64,000 nt of DNA from Eledone cirrhosa (Eukaryota), in the NCBI GenBank assembly GCA_964016885.1, contig OZ024743.1, positions 144,398,001 through 144,462,000 on the forward strand. Direction: 5' to 3'. The notes under the pieces are model-generated. The model did not search any database and had not been told where the DNA came from. It saw only the letters and a list, made by a program, of their open reading frames with translations. The position numbers and the translations under genes are program-made. Below are positions 30,001 through 45,000 of this stretch, in pieces. How positions within the stretch are numbered: position 1 is the first letter of the stretch; each line of letters opens with the position of its first letter.

Positions 30001-33000
30001 TAAATGGACTGGTAGACCTCACACTACAGTATAAATGGACTGGTAGACCTCACACTACAGTATAAATGGACTGGTAGTCCTCACACTACAGTATAAATGG
30101 ACTGGTAGACCTCACACTACAGTATAAATGGACTGGTAGACCTCACACTACAGTATAAATGGACTGGTAGACCGCACACTACAGTATAAATGGACTGGTA
30201 GACCTCATACTAAAGTATAAATGACCTGGTAAACCGGACACTACAGTATAAATGGACTGGTAGACCTCACACTACAGTATAAATAGACTGGTAGACCTCA
30301 CACTACAGTATAAATGGACTGGTAGACCTCACACTACAGTATAAATGGACTGGTAGACCGCACACTACAGTATAAATGGACTGGCAGACCTCACACTAAA
30401 GTATAAATGACCTGGTAAACCGGACACTACAGTATAAATGGACTGGTAGACCTCACACTACAGTATAAATAGACTGGTAGACCTCACACTACAGTATAAA
30501 TGGACTGGTAGACCACACACTACAGTATAAATGGACTGGTAGACCTCACACTACAGTATAAATGGACTGGTAGACCGGACACTACAGTACAAATGGACTG
30601 GTAGACCGGACACTACAGTATAAATGGACTGGTAGACCTCACACTACAGTATAAATGGACTGGTAGACCGGACACTACAGTAAAAATGGACTGGTAGACC
30701 GGACACTACAGTATAAATGGACTGGTAGACCTCACACTACAGTATAAATGGCATGGTAGACCTCACACTACAGTACAAATGGACTGGTAGACCTCAAACT
30801 AAAGTATAAATGGACTGGTACACCGGACACTACAGTATAAATGGACTGGTAGTCCTCACACTACAGTATAGATGGCCTGGTAGACCTCAAACTACAGTAT
30901 AAATGGACTGGTAGACCTCACACTACAGCATAAATGGACTGGTAGACCTCAAACTACAGTATAAATGGACTGGTAGACCTCACACTACAGTATAGATGGC
31001 CTGGTAGACCTCAAACTACAGTATAAATGGACTGGTAGACCTCAAACTACAGTATAAATGGACTGGTAGACCTCAAACTACAGTATAAATGGACTGGTAG
31101 TCCTCACACTACAGTATAAATGGACTGGTAGACCTCACACTACAGTATAAATGGACTGGTAGACCTCAAACTACAGTATAAATGGACTGGTAGACCTCAC
31201 ACTACAGTATAAATGGACTGGTAGACCTCAAACTACAGTATAAATGGACTGGTAGTCCTCACACTACAGTATAAATGGACTGGTAGACCTCACACTACAG
31301 TATAAATGGACTGGTAGACCTCACACTACAGTATAAATGGACTGGTAGACCTCAAACTACAGTATAAATGGACTGGTAGACCTCAAACTACAGTATAAAT
31401 GGACTGGTAGACCTCAAACTACAGTATAAATGGACTGGTAGTCCTCACACTACAGTATAAATGGACTGGTAGACCTCACACTACAGTATAAATGGACTGG
31501 TAGACCTCACACTACAGTGTAAATGGACTGGTAGACCTCAAACTACAGTATAAATGGACTGGTAGACCTCAAACTACAGTATAAATGGACTGGTAGACCT
31601 CACACTACAGTATAAATGGACTGGTAGACCTCACACTGCAGTATAAATGGAGTGGTAGACCTGACATTCCAGTATAAATGGACTGGTAGACCTGACACTA
31701 CAGTATAAATGGACTGGTAGACCTGACACTACAGTATAAATGGACTGGTAGACCTGACACTACAGAATAAATGGACTGGTAGACCTCACACTACAGTATA
31801 AATGGACTGGTACACCGGACACTCCAGTATAAATGGACTGGTAGACCTGACACTACAGTATAAATGGACTGGTAGTCCTCACACTACAGTATAAATGGAC
31901 TGGTAGACCTCACACTACAGTATAAATGGACTGGTAGACCTCACACTACAGTATAAATGGACTGGTAGACCGCACACTACAGTATAAATGGACTGGTAGA
32001 CCTCACACTAAAGTATAAATGACCTGGTAAACCGGACACTACAGTATAAATGGACTGGTAGACCTCACACTACAGTATAAATAGACTGGTAGACCTCACA
32101 CTACAGTATAAATGGACTGGTAGACCGCACACTACAGTATAAATGGACTGGTAGACCTCACACTACAGTATAAATGGTCTGGTAGACCGGACACTACAGT
32201 AAAAATGGACTGGTAGACCGGACACTACAGTATAAATGGACTGGTAGACCTCACACTACAGTATAAATGGCATGGTAGACCTCACACTACAGTACAAATG
32301 GACTGGTAGACCTCAAACTACAGTATAAATGGACTGGTAGACCTCACACTACAGTATAAATGGACTGGTACACCGGACACTACAGTATAAATGGACTGGT
32401 AGTCCTCACACTACAGTATAAATGGCCTGGTAGACCTCAAACTACAGTATAAAAGGACTGGTAGACCTCACACTACAGTATAAATGACCTGGTAGACCTC
32501 AAACTACAGTATAAATGGACTGGTAGTCCTCACACTACGGTATAAATGGACTGGTAGACCTCACACTACAGTATAAATGGCCTGGTAGACCTCACAGTAC
32601 AGTATAAATGGCCTGGTATACCTCACACTACAGTATAAATGGCCTGGTAGACCTCACAGTACAGTATAAATGGCCTGGTAGACCTCACACTACAGTATAA
32701 ATGGCCTGGTAGACCTCACACTACAGTATAAATGGCCTGGTAGACCTGACACTACAGTATAAATGGCCTGGTAGACCGGACACTACAGTATAAATGGTCT
32801 GCTAGACCTCACACTACAGTATAAATGGACTGGTAGACCTGACACTACAGTATAAATGGCCTGGTAGACCGGACACTACAGTATAAATGGTCTGGTAGAC
32901 CTCACAATACAGTATAAATGGACTGGTAGACCTGACACTACAGTATAAATGGCCTGGTAAACCGGACACTACAGTATAAATGGACTGGTAGTCCTCACAC

Positions 33001-36000
33001 TACAGTATAAATGGACTGGTAGACCTGACACTACAGTATAAATGGCCTGGTAGACCGGACACTACAGTATAAATGACCTGGTAGACCTGACACTACAGTA
33101 TAAATGGCCTGGTAGACCTGACACTACAGTATAAATGGTCTGGTAGACCTCACACTACAGTATAAATGGACTTGTAGACCTCACACTGCAGTATAAATGG
33201 ACTGGTAGTCCTCACACTACAGTATAAATGGCCTGGTAGACCTCACACTACAGTATAAATGGCCTGGTAGACCTCACACTACAGTATAAATGGACTGGTA
33301 GACCTCACACTACAGTATAAATGGACTGGTAGACCTCACACTACAGTATAAATGGACTGGTAGACCTCAAACTACTGTATAAATGGACTGGTAGTCCTCA
33401 CACTACAGTATAAATGGCCTGGTAGACCTGACACTACAGTATAAATGGCCTGGTAGACCTCACACTACAGTATAAATGGACTGGTAGACCTCACACTACA
33501 ATATAAATGGACTGGTAGACCTGACACTACAGTATAAATGGCCTGGTAGACCTCACACTACAGTATAAATGGACTGGTAGACCTCACACTACAGTATAAA
33601 TGGTCTGGTAGACCGGACACTACAGTAAAAATGGACTGGTAGACCGGACACTACAGTATAAATGGACTGGTAGACCTCACACTACAGTATAAATGGCATG
33701 GTAGACCTCACACTACAGTACAAATGGACTGGTAGACCTCAAACTACAGTATAAATGGACTGGTACACCGGACACTACAGTATAAATGGAGTGGTAGTCC
33801 TCACACTACAGTATAAATGGCCTGGTAGACCTCAAACTACAGTATAAATGGACTGGTAGACCTCACACTACAGTATAAATGACCTGGTAGACCTCAAACT
33901 ACAGTATAAATGGACTGGTAGTCCTCACACTACAGTATAAATGGACTGGTAGACCTCACACTACAGTATAAATGGCCTGGTAGACCTCACAGTACAGTAT
34001 AAATGGCCTGGTATACCTCACACTACAGTATAAATGGCCTGGTAGACCTCACAGTACAGTATAAATGGCCTGGTAGACCTCACACTACAGTATAAATGGC
34101 CTGGTAGACCTCACACTACAGTATAAATGGCCTGGTAGACCTGACACTACAGTATAAATGGCCTGGTAGACCGGACACTACAGTATAAATGGTCTGCTAG
34201 ACCTCACACTACAGTATAAATGGACTGGTAGACCTGACACTACAGTATAAATGGCCTGGTAGACCGGACACTACAGTATAAATGGTCTGGTAGACCTCAC
34301 AATACAGTATAAATGGACTGGTAGACCTGACACTACAGTATAAATGGCCTGGTAGACCGGACACTACAGTATAAATGGACTGGTAGTCCTCACACTACAG
34401 TATAAATGGACTGGTAGACATCACACTACAGTATAAATGGCCTGGTAGACCGGACACTACAGTATAAATGGTCTGGTAGACCTCACAATACAGTATAAAT
34501 GGACTGGTAGACCTGACACTACAGTATAAATGGCCTGGTAGACCGGACACTACAGTATAAATGGACTGGTAGTCCTCACACTACAGTATAAATGGACTGG
34601 TAGACCTGACACTACAGTATAAATGGCCTGGTAGACCGGACACTACAGTATAAATGGACTGGTAGTCCTCACACTACAGTATAAATGGACTGGTAGACAT
34701 CACACTACAGTATAAATGGCCTGGTAGACCGGACACTACAGTATAAATGGTCTGGTAGACCTCACAATACAGTATAAATGGACTGGTAGACCTGACACTA
34801 CAGTATAAATGGCCTGGTAGACCGGACACTACAGTATAAATGGTCTGGTAGACCTCACAATACAGTATAAATGGACTGGTAGACCTGACACTACAGTATA
34901 AATGGCCTGGTAGACCGGACACTACAGTATAAATGGACTGGTAGTCCTCACACTACAGTATAAATGGACTGGTAGACATCACACTACAGTATAAATGGCC
35001 TGGTAGACCGGACACTACAGTATAAATGGTCTGGTAGACCTCACAATACAGTATAAATGGACTGGTAGACCTGACACTACAGTATAAATGGCCTGGTAGA
35101 CCGGACACTACAGTATAAATGGACTGGTTGTCCTCACACTACAGTATAAATGGACTGGTAGACCTGACACTACAGTATAAATGGCCTGGTAGACCGGACA
35201 CTACAGTATAAATGACCTGGTAGACCTGACACTACAGTATAAATGGCCTGGTAGACCTGACACTACAGTATAAATGGTCTGGTAGACCTCACACTACAGT
35301 ATAAATGGACTTGTAGACCTCACACTACAGTATAAATGGACTGGTAGTCCTCACACTACAGTATAAATGGCCTGGTAGACCTCACACTACAATATAAATG
35401 GACTGGTAGTCCTCACACTACAGTATAAATGGCCTGGTAGACCTCACACTACAGTATAAATGGACTGGTAGACCTCACACTACAGTATAAATGGACTGGT
35501 AGTCCTCACACTACAGTATAAATGGCCTGGTAAACCACACACTACAGTATAAATGGACTGGTAGACCTCACACTACAGTATAAATGGACTGGTAGTCCTC
35601 ACACTACAGTATAAATGGACTGGTAGTCCTCACACTACAGTATAAATGGACTGGTAGTCCTCACACTACAGTATCAATGGCCTGGTAGACCTCACACTAC
35701 AGTATAAATGGACTGGTAGACCTCACATTACAGTATAAATGGACTGGTAGTCCTCACACTACAGTATAAATGGACTGGTAGACCTCACACTACAGTATAA
35801 ATGGACTGGTAGACCTCACACTACAGTATAAATGGACTGGTAGTCCTCACACTACAGTATAAATGGACTGGTAGACCTCACACTACAGTATAAATGGACT
35901 GGTAGACCTCACACTACAGTATAAATGGACTGGTAGTCCTCACACTACAGTATAAATGGCCTGGTAGTCCTCACACTACAGTATAAATGGCCTGGTAGAC

Positions 36001-39000
36001 CTCACACTACAGTATAAATGGACTGGTAGACCTCACACTACAGTATAAATGGACTGGTAGTCCTCACACTACAGTATAAATGGCCTGGTAGACCTCACAC
36101 TACAGTATAAATGGACTGGTAGACCTCACACTACAGTATAAATGGACTGGTAGTCCTCACACTACAGTATAAATGGACTGGTAGACCTCACACTACAGTA
36201 TAAATGGACTGGTAGACCTCACACTACAGTATAAATGGACTGGTAGTCCTCACACTACAGTATAAATGGACTGGTAGACCTCACACTACAGTATAAATGG
36301 ACTGGTAGACCTCACACTACAGTATAAATGGACTGGTAGTCCTCACACTACAGTATAAATGGCCTGGTAGACCTCACACTACAGTATAAATGGACAGGTA
36401 GACCTCACAGTACAGCATAAATGGAGTGGTAGACCTCACACTACAGTATAAATGGCCTGGTAGACTTCAAACTACAGTATAAATGGACAGGTAGACCTCA
36501 CACTACAGTATAAATGGACAGGTAGACCTCACACTACAGTATAAATGGACAGGTAGACCTCACACTACAGTATAAATGGCCTGGTAGACCTCACACTACA
36601 GTATAAATGGCCTGGTAGACATCACACTACAGTATAAATGGACGGGTAGACCTGACACTACAGTATAAATGGACAGGTAGTCCTCACACTACAGTATAAA
36701 TGGACTGGTAGACCTCACACTACAGTATAAATGGCCTGGTAGACATCACACTACAGTATAAATGGACGCGTAGACCTGACACTACAGTATAAATGGACAG
36801 GTAGTCCTCACACTACAGTATAAATGGACTGGTAGACCTCAAACTACAGTATAAATGGACAGGTAGACCTCACACTACAGTATAAATGGACAGGTAGACC
36901 TCACACTACAGTATAAATGGCCTGGTAGACCTCACACTACAGTATAAATGGCCTGGTAGACATCACACTACAGTATAAATGGACGGGTAGACCTGACACT
37001 ACAGTATAAATGGACAGGTAGTCCTCACACTACAGTATAAATGGACTGGTAGACCTCACACTACAGTATAAATGGCCTGGTAGACATCACACTACAGCAT
37101 AAATGGACGGGTAGACCTGACACTACAGTATAAATGGACAGGTAGTCCTCACACTACAGTATAAATGGCCTGGTAGACCTCAAACTACAGTATAAATGGA
37201 CAGGTAGACCTCACACTACAGTATAAATGGACAGGTAGACCTCACACTACAGTATAAATGGCCTGGTAGACCTCACACTACAGTATAAATGGACTGGTAG
37301 ACCTCACACTACAGTATAAATGGACTGGTAGACCTCACACTACAGTATAAATGGACTGGTAGACCTCACACTACAGTATAAATGGACTGGTAGACCTCAC
37401 ACTACAGTATAAATGGACTGGTAGACCTCACACTACAGTATAAATGGACTGGTAGACCTCACACTACAGTATAAATGGCCTGGTAGACCTCACACTACAG
37501 TATAAATGGACTGGTAGACCTCACACTACAGTATAAATGGACTGGTAGACCTCACACTACAGTATAAATGGACTGGTAGACCTCACACTACAGTATAAAT
37601 GGACTGGTAGACCTGACACTACAGTATAAATGGCCTGGTAGACCTCATACTACAGTACAAATGGCCTGGTAGACCTCAGACTACAGTATAAATGGACTGG
37701 TAGACCTCACACTACAGTATAAATGGACTGGTAGACCTCACACTACAGTATAAATGGACTGGTAGACCTCACACTACAGTATAAATGGACTGGTACACCG
37801 GACACTCCAGTATAAATGGACTGGTAGACCTCACACTACAGTATAAATGGACTGGTAGACCTCACACTACAGTATAAATGGCCTGGTAATCCTCACACTA
37901 CAGTATAAATGGCCTGCTAGACCTAACACTACAGTATAAAAGGACTGGTAGACCTGACACTACAGTATAAATGGACTGGTAGTCCTCACACTACAGTATA
38001 AATGGACTGGTAGACCTCACACTACAGTATAAATGGACTGGTAGACCTGACACTACAGTATAAATGGACTGGTACACCGGACACTCCAGTATAAATGGAC
38101 TGGTAGACCTTACACTACAGTATAAATGGACTGGTAGACCTCACACTACAGTATAAATGGCCTGGTAATCCTCACACTACAGTATAAATGGCCTGCTAGA
38201 CCTAACACTACAGTATAAAAGGACTGGTAGACCTGACACTACAGTATAAATGGACTGGTAGTCCTCACACTACAGTATAAATGGACTGGTAGACCTCACA
38301 CTACAGTATAAATGGACTGGTAGACCTGACACTACAGTATAAATGGACTGGTAGTCCTCACACTACAGTATAAATGGACTGGTAGACCTCACACTACAGT
38401 ATAAATGGACTGGTAGACCGCACACTACAGTATAAATGACCTGGTAGATCTCAAACTACAGTATAAATGGACTGGTAGACCGCACACTACAGTATAAATG
38501 GACTGGTAGACCTCACACTAAAGTATAAATGACCTGGTAAACCGGAAACTACAGTATAAATGGACTGGTAGACCTCACACTACAGTATAAATAGACTGGT
38601 AGACCTCACACTGCAGTATAAATGGACTGGTAGACCGCACACTACAGTATAAATGGTCTGGTAGACCTCACACTACAGTATAAATGGACTGGTAGACCGG
38701 ACACTACAGTACAAATGGACTGGTAGACCGGACACTACAGTATAAATGGACTGGTAGACCTCACACTACAGTATAAATGGACTGGTAGACCGGACACTAC
38801 AGTATAAATGGACTGGTAGACCTCACACTACAGTATAAATGGCATGGTAGACCTCACACTACAGTACAAATGGACTGGTAGACCTCAAACTACAGTATAA
38901 ATGGACTGGTACACCGGACACTACAGTATAAATGGACTGGTAGTCCTCACACTACAGTATAGATGGCCTGGTAGACCTCAAACTACAGTATAAATGGACT

Positions 39001-42000
39001 GGTAGACCTCACACTACAGTATAAATGACCTGGTAGACCTCAAACTACAGTATAAATGGATTGGTAGTCCTCACACTACAGTATAAATGGACTGGTAGAC
39101 CTCACACTACAGTATAAATGGCCTGGTAGACCTCACAGTACAGTATAAATGGCCTGGTAGACCGGACACTACAGTATAAATGGCCTGGTAGACCTCAAAC
39201 TACTGTATAAATGGACTGGTAGACCTCACACTACAGTATAAATGGAGTGGTAGACCTGACACTCCAGTATAAATGGACTGGTAGACCTGACACTACAGTA
39301 TAAATGGACTGGTAGACCTGACACTACAGTATAAATGGACTGGTAGACCTCACACTACAGTATAAATGGACTGGTAGACCTCACACTACAGTATAAATGG
39401 AATGGTAGACCTCACACTACAGTATAAATGGCCTGGTAGACCTCACACTACAGTATAAATGGACTGGTACACCGGACACTCCAGTATAAATGGACTGGTA
39501 GACCTCACACTACAGTATAAATGGCCTGGTAATCCTCACACTACAGTATAAATGGCCTGGTAGACCTCACACTACAGTATAAATGGACTGGTAGACCTGA
39601 CACTACAGTATAAATGGACTGGTAGTCCTCACACTACAGTATTAATGGACTGGTAGACCTCACACTACAGTATAAATGGACTGGTAGACCTCACACTACA
39701 GTATAAATGGACTGGTAGACCGCACACTACAGTATAAATGGACTGGTAGACCTCACACTAAAGTATAAATGACCTGGTAAACCGGACACTACAGTATAAA
39801 TGGACTGGTAGACCTCACACTACAGTATAAATGGACAGGTAGTCCTCACACTACAGTATAAATGGACTGGTAGACCTCACACTACAGTATAAATGGCCTG
39901 GTAGACATCACACTACAGTATAAATGGACGGGTAGACCTGACACTACAGTATAAATGGACAGGTAGTCCTCACACTACAGTATAAATGGACTGGTAGACC
40001 TCAAACTACAGTATAAATGGACAGGTAGACCTCACACTACAGTATAAATGGACAGGTATACCTCACACTACAGTATAAATGGCCTGGTAGACCTCACACT
40101 ACAGTATAAATGGCCTGGTAGACATCACACTACAGTATAAATGGACGGGTAGACCTGACACTACAGTATAAATGGACAGGTAGTCCTCACACTACAGTAT
40201 AAATGGACTGGTAGACCTCACACTACAGTATAAATGGCCTGGTAGACATCACACTACAGTATAAATGGACGGGTAGACCTGACACTACAGTATAAATGGA
40301 CAGGTAGTCCTCACACTACAGTATAAATGGCCTGGTAGACCTAAAACTACAGTATAAATGGACAGGTAGACCTCACACTACAGTATAAATGGACAGGTAG
40401 ACCTCACACTACAGTATAAATGGCCTGGTAGACCTCACACTACAGTATAAATGGACTGGTAGACCTCACACTACAGTATAAATGGACTGGTAGACCTCAC
40501 ACTACAGTATAAATGGACTGGTAGACCTCACACTACAGTATAAATGGACTGGTAGACCTCACACTACAGTATAAATGGACTGGTAGACCTCACACTACAG
40601 TATAAATGGACTGGTAGACCTCACACTACAGTATAAATGGCCTGGTAGACCTCACACTACAGTATAAATGGACTGGTAGACCTCACACTACAGTATAAAT
40701 GGACTGGTAGACCTCACACTACAGTATAAATGGACTGGTAGTCCTCACACTACAGTATAAATGGACTGGTAGACCTCACACTACAGTATAAATGGACTGG
40801 TAGACCTGACACTACAGTATAAATGGACTGGTACACCGGACACTCCAGTATAAATGGACTGGTAGACCTCACACTACAGTATAAATGGACTGGTAGACCT
40901 CACACTACAGTATAAATGGCCTGGTAATCCTCACACTACAGTATAAATGACCTGCTAGACCTAACACTACAGTATAAAAGGACTGGTAGACCTGACACTA
41001 CAGTATAAATGGACTGGTAGTCCTCACACTACAGTATAAATGGACTGGTAGACCTCACACTACAGTATAAATGGACTGGTAGACCTGACACTACAGTATA
41101 AATGGACTGGTACACCGGACACTCCAGTATAAATGGACTGGTAGACCTCACACTACAGTATAAATGGACTGGTAGACCTCACACTACAGTATAAATGGCC
41201 TGGTAATCCTCACACTACAGTATAAATGACCTGCTAGACCTAACACTACAGTATAAAAGGACTGGTAGACCTGACACTACAGTATAAATGGACTCGTAGT
41301 CCTCACACTACAGTATAAATGGACTGGTAGACCTCACACTACAGTATAAATGGACTGGTAGACCTGACACTACAGTATAAATGGACTGGTAGTCCTCACA
41401 CTACAGTATAAATGGACTGGTAGACCTCACACTACAGTATAAATGGCCTGGTAATCCTCACACTACAGTATAAATGGCCTGCTAGACCTAACACTACAGT
41501 ATAAAAGGACTGGTAGACCTGACACTACAGTATAAATGGCCTGGTAGACCTGACACTACAGTATAAATGGACTGGTAGACCTCACACTACAGTATAAATG
41601 GACTGGTAGACCTCACACTACAGTATAAATGGACTGGTAGACCTCACACTACAGTATAAATGGACTGGTAGACCTCACACTACAGTATAAATGGACTGGT
41701 AGACCTCACACTACAGTATAAATGGACTGGTAGACCTCACACTACAGTATAAATGGCCTGGTAGACCTCACACTACAGTATAAATGGACTGGTAGACCTC
41801 ACACTACAGTATAAATGGACTGGTAGACCTCACACTACAGTATAAATGGACTGGTAGTCCTCACACTACAGTATAAATGGACTGGTAGACCTCACACTAC
41901 AGTATAAATGGACTGGTAGACCTGACACTACAGTATAAATGGACTGGTACACCGGACACTCCAGTATAAATGGACTGGTAGACCTCACACTACAGTATAA

Positions 42001-45000
42001 ATGGACTGGTAGACCTCACACTACAGTATAAATGGCCTGGTAATCCTCACACTACAGTATAAATGACCTGCTAGACCTAACACTACAGTATAAAAGGACT
42101 GGTAGACCTGACACTACAGTATAAATGGACTGGTAGTCCTCACACTACAGTATAAATGGACTGGTAGACCTCACACTACAGTATAAATGGACTGGTAGAC
42201 CTGACACTACAGTATAAATGGACTGGTACACCGGACACTCCAGTATAAATGGACTGGTAGACCTCACACTACAGTATAAATGGACTGGTAGACCTCACAC
42301 TACAGTATAAATGGCCTGGTAATCCTCACACTACAGTATAAATGGCCTGCTAGACCTAACACTACAGTATAAAAGGACTGGTAGACCTGACACTACAGTA
42401 TAAATGGACTGGTAGTCCTCACACTACAGTATAAATGGACTGGTAGACCTCACACTACAGTATAAATGGACTGGTAGACCTGACACTACAGTATAAATGG
42501 ACTGGTAGTCCTCACACTACAGTATAAATGGACTGGTAGACCTCACACTACAGTATAAATGGACTGGTAGACCGCACACTACAGTATAAATGACCTGGTA
42601 GACCTCAAACTACAGTATAAATAGACTGGTAGACCGCACACTACAGTATAAATGGACTGGTAGACCTCACACTAAAGTATAAATGACCTGGTAAACCGGA
42701 AACTACAGTATAAATGGACTGGTAGACCTCACACTACAGTATAAATGGACTGGTAGACCGGACACTACAGTACAAATGGACTGATAGACCGGACACTACA
42801 GTATAAATGGACTGGTAGACCTCACACTACAGTATAAATGGACTGGTAGACCGGACACTACAGTAAAAATGAACTGGTAGACCGGACACTACAGTATAAA
42901 TGGACTGATAGACCTCACACTAGAGTATAAATGGCATGGTAGACCTCACACTACAGTACAAATGGACTGGTAGACCTCAAACTACAGTATAAATGGACTG
43001 GTACACCGGACACTACAGTATAAATGGACTGGTATTCCTCACACTACAGTATAGATGGCCTGGTAGACCTCAAACTACAGTATAAATGGACTGGTAGACC
43101 TCACACTACAGTATAAATGACCTGGTAGACCTCAAACTACAGTATAAATGGATTGGTAGTCCTCACACTACAGTATAAATGGACTGGTAGACCTCACACT
43201 ACAGTATAAATGGCCTGGTAGACCTCACAGTACAGTATAAATGGCCTGGTAGACCGGACACTACAGTATAAATGGCCTGGTAGACCTCAAACTACTGTAT
43301 AAATGGACTGGTAGACCTCACACTACAGTATAAATGGAGTGGTAGACCTGACACTCCAGTATAAATGGACTGGTAGACCTGACACTACAGTATAAATGGA
43401 CTGGTAGACCTGACACTACAGTATAAATGGACTGGTACACCTCACACTACAGTATAAATGGACTGGTAGACCTCACACTACAGTATAAATGGACTGGTAG
43501 ACCTCACACTACAGTATAAATGGCCTGGTAGACCTCACACTACAGTATAAATGGACTGGTACACCGGACACTCCAGTATAAATGGACTGGTAGACCTCAC
43601 ACTACAGTATAAATGGCCTGGTAATCCTCACACTACAGTATAAATGGCCTGGTAGACCTCACACTACAGTATAAATGGACTGGTAGACCTGACACTACAG
43701 TATAAATGGACTGGTAGTCCTCACACTACAGTATAAATGGACTGGTAGACCTCACACTACAGTATAAATGGACTGGTAGACCTCACACTTCAGTATAAAT
43801 GGACTGGTAGACCGCACACTACAGTATAAATGGACTGGTAGACCTCACACTAAAGTATAAATGACCTGGTAAACCGGACACTACAGTATAAATGGACTGG
43901 TAGACCTCACACTACAGTATAAATAGACTGGTAGACCTCACACTCCAGTATAAATGGACTGGTAGACCTCACACTACAGTATAAATGGTCTGGTAGACCG
44001 GACACTACAGTAAAAATGGACTGGTAGACCGGACACTACAGTATAAATGGACTGGTAGACCTCACACTACAGTATAAATGGCATGGTAGACCTCACACTA
44101 CAGTACAAATGGACTGGTAGACCTCAAACTACAGTATAAATGGACTGGTACACCGGACACTACAGTATAAATGGACTGGTAGTCCTCACACTACAGTATA
44201 AATGGCCTGGTAGACCTCAAACTACAGTATAAATGGACTGGTAGACCTCACACTACAGTATAAATGGACTGGTAGACCTCACACTACAGTATAAATGGAC
44301 TGGTAGACCTCACACTACAGTATAAATGGCCTGGTAGACCGGACACTACAGTATAAATGGACTGGTAGACCTCAGACTACAGTATAAATGGACTGGTAGA
44401 CCGCACACTACAGTATAAATGGAGTGGTAGACCGGACACTACAGTATAAATGGACTGGTAGACCTCACACTAAAGTATAAATGGACTGGTAGACCTCATA
44501 CTACAGTATAAATGGCCTGGAAGACCGGACACTACAGTATAAATGGACTGGTAGACCTCACGCTACAGTATAAATGGCCTGGTAGACCTCACACTACAGT
44601 ATAAATGGTCTGGTAGACTTCACACTACAGTATAAATGGCCTGGTAGACCTTATACTAAAGTATAAATGGACTGGTAGACCGGACACTACAGTATAAATG
44701 GACTGGTAGACCTCACACTAAAGTATAAATGGCCTGGTAGACCGGACACTACAGTATAAATGGACTGGTAGACCTCACACTAAAGTATAAATGGTCTGAT
44801 AGACCTCACACTACAGTATAAATGGACTGGTAGACCTCATACTAAAATATAAATGGACTGGTAGACAGGACACTACAGTATAAATGGACTGGTAGACCTC
44901 ACACTAAAGTATAAATGGCTTGGTAGACCGGACACTACAGTATAAATGGACTGGTAGATCTCACACTACAGTATAAATGGACTGGTAGACCCGAAACTAA

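Noticed and set aside
8232-34922. Minus-strand ORFs MSGLPGHLYCSV... at 8232, 25685 and 34674
   Set aside because: Chance read-through of satellite monomers where a CACAATAC variant or 1-bp deletion removes a TAG stop. Their identity reflects block duplication.
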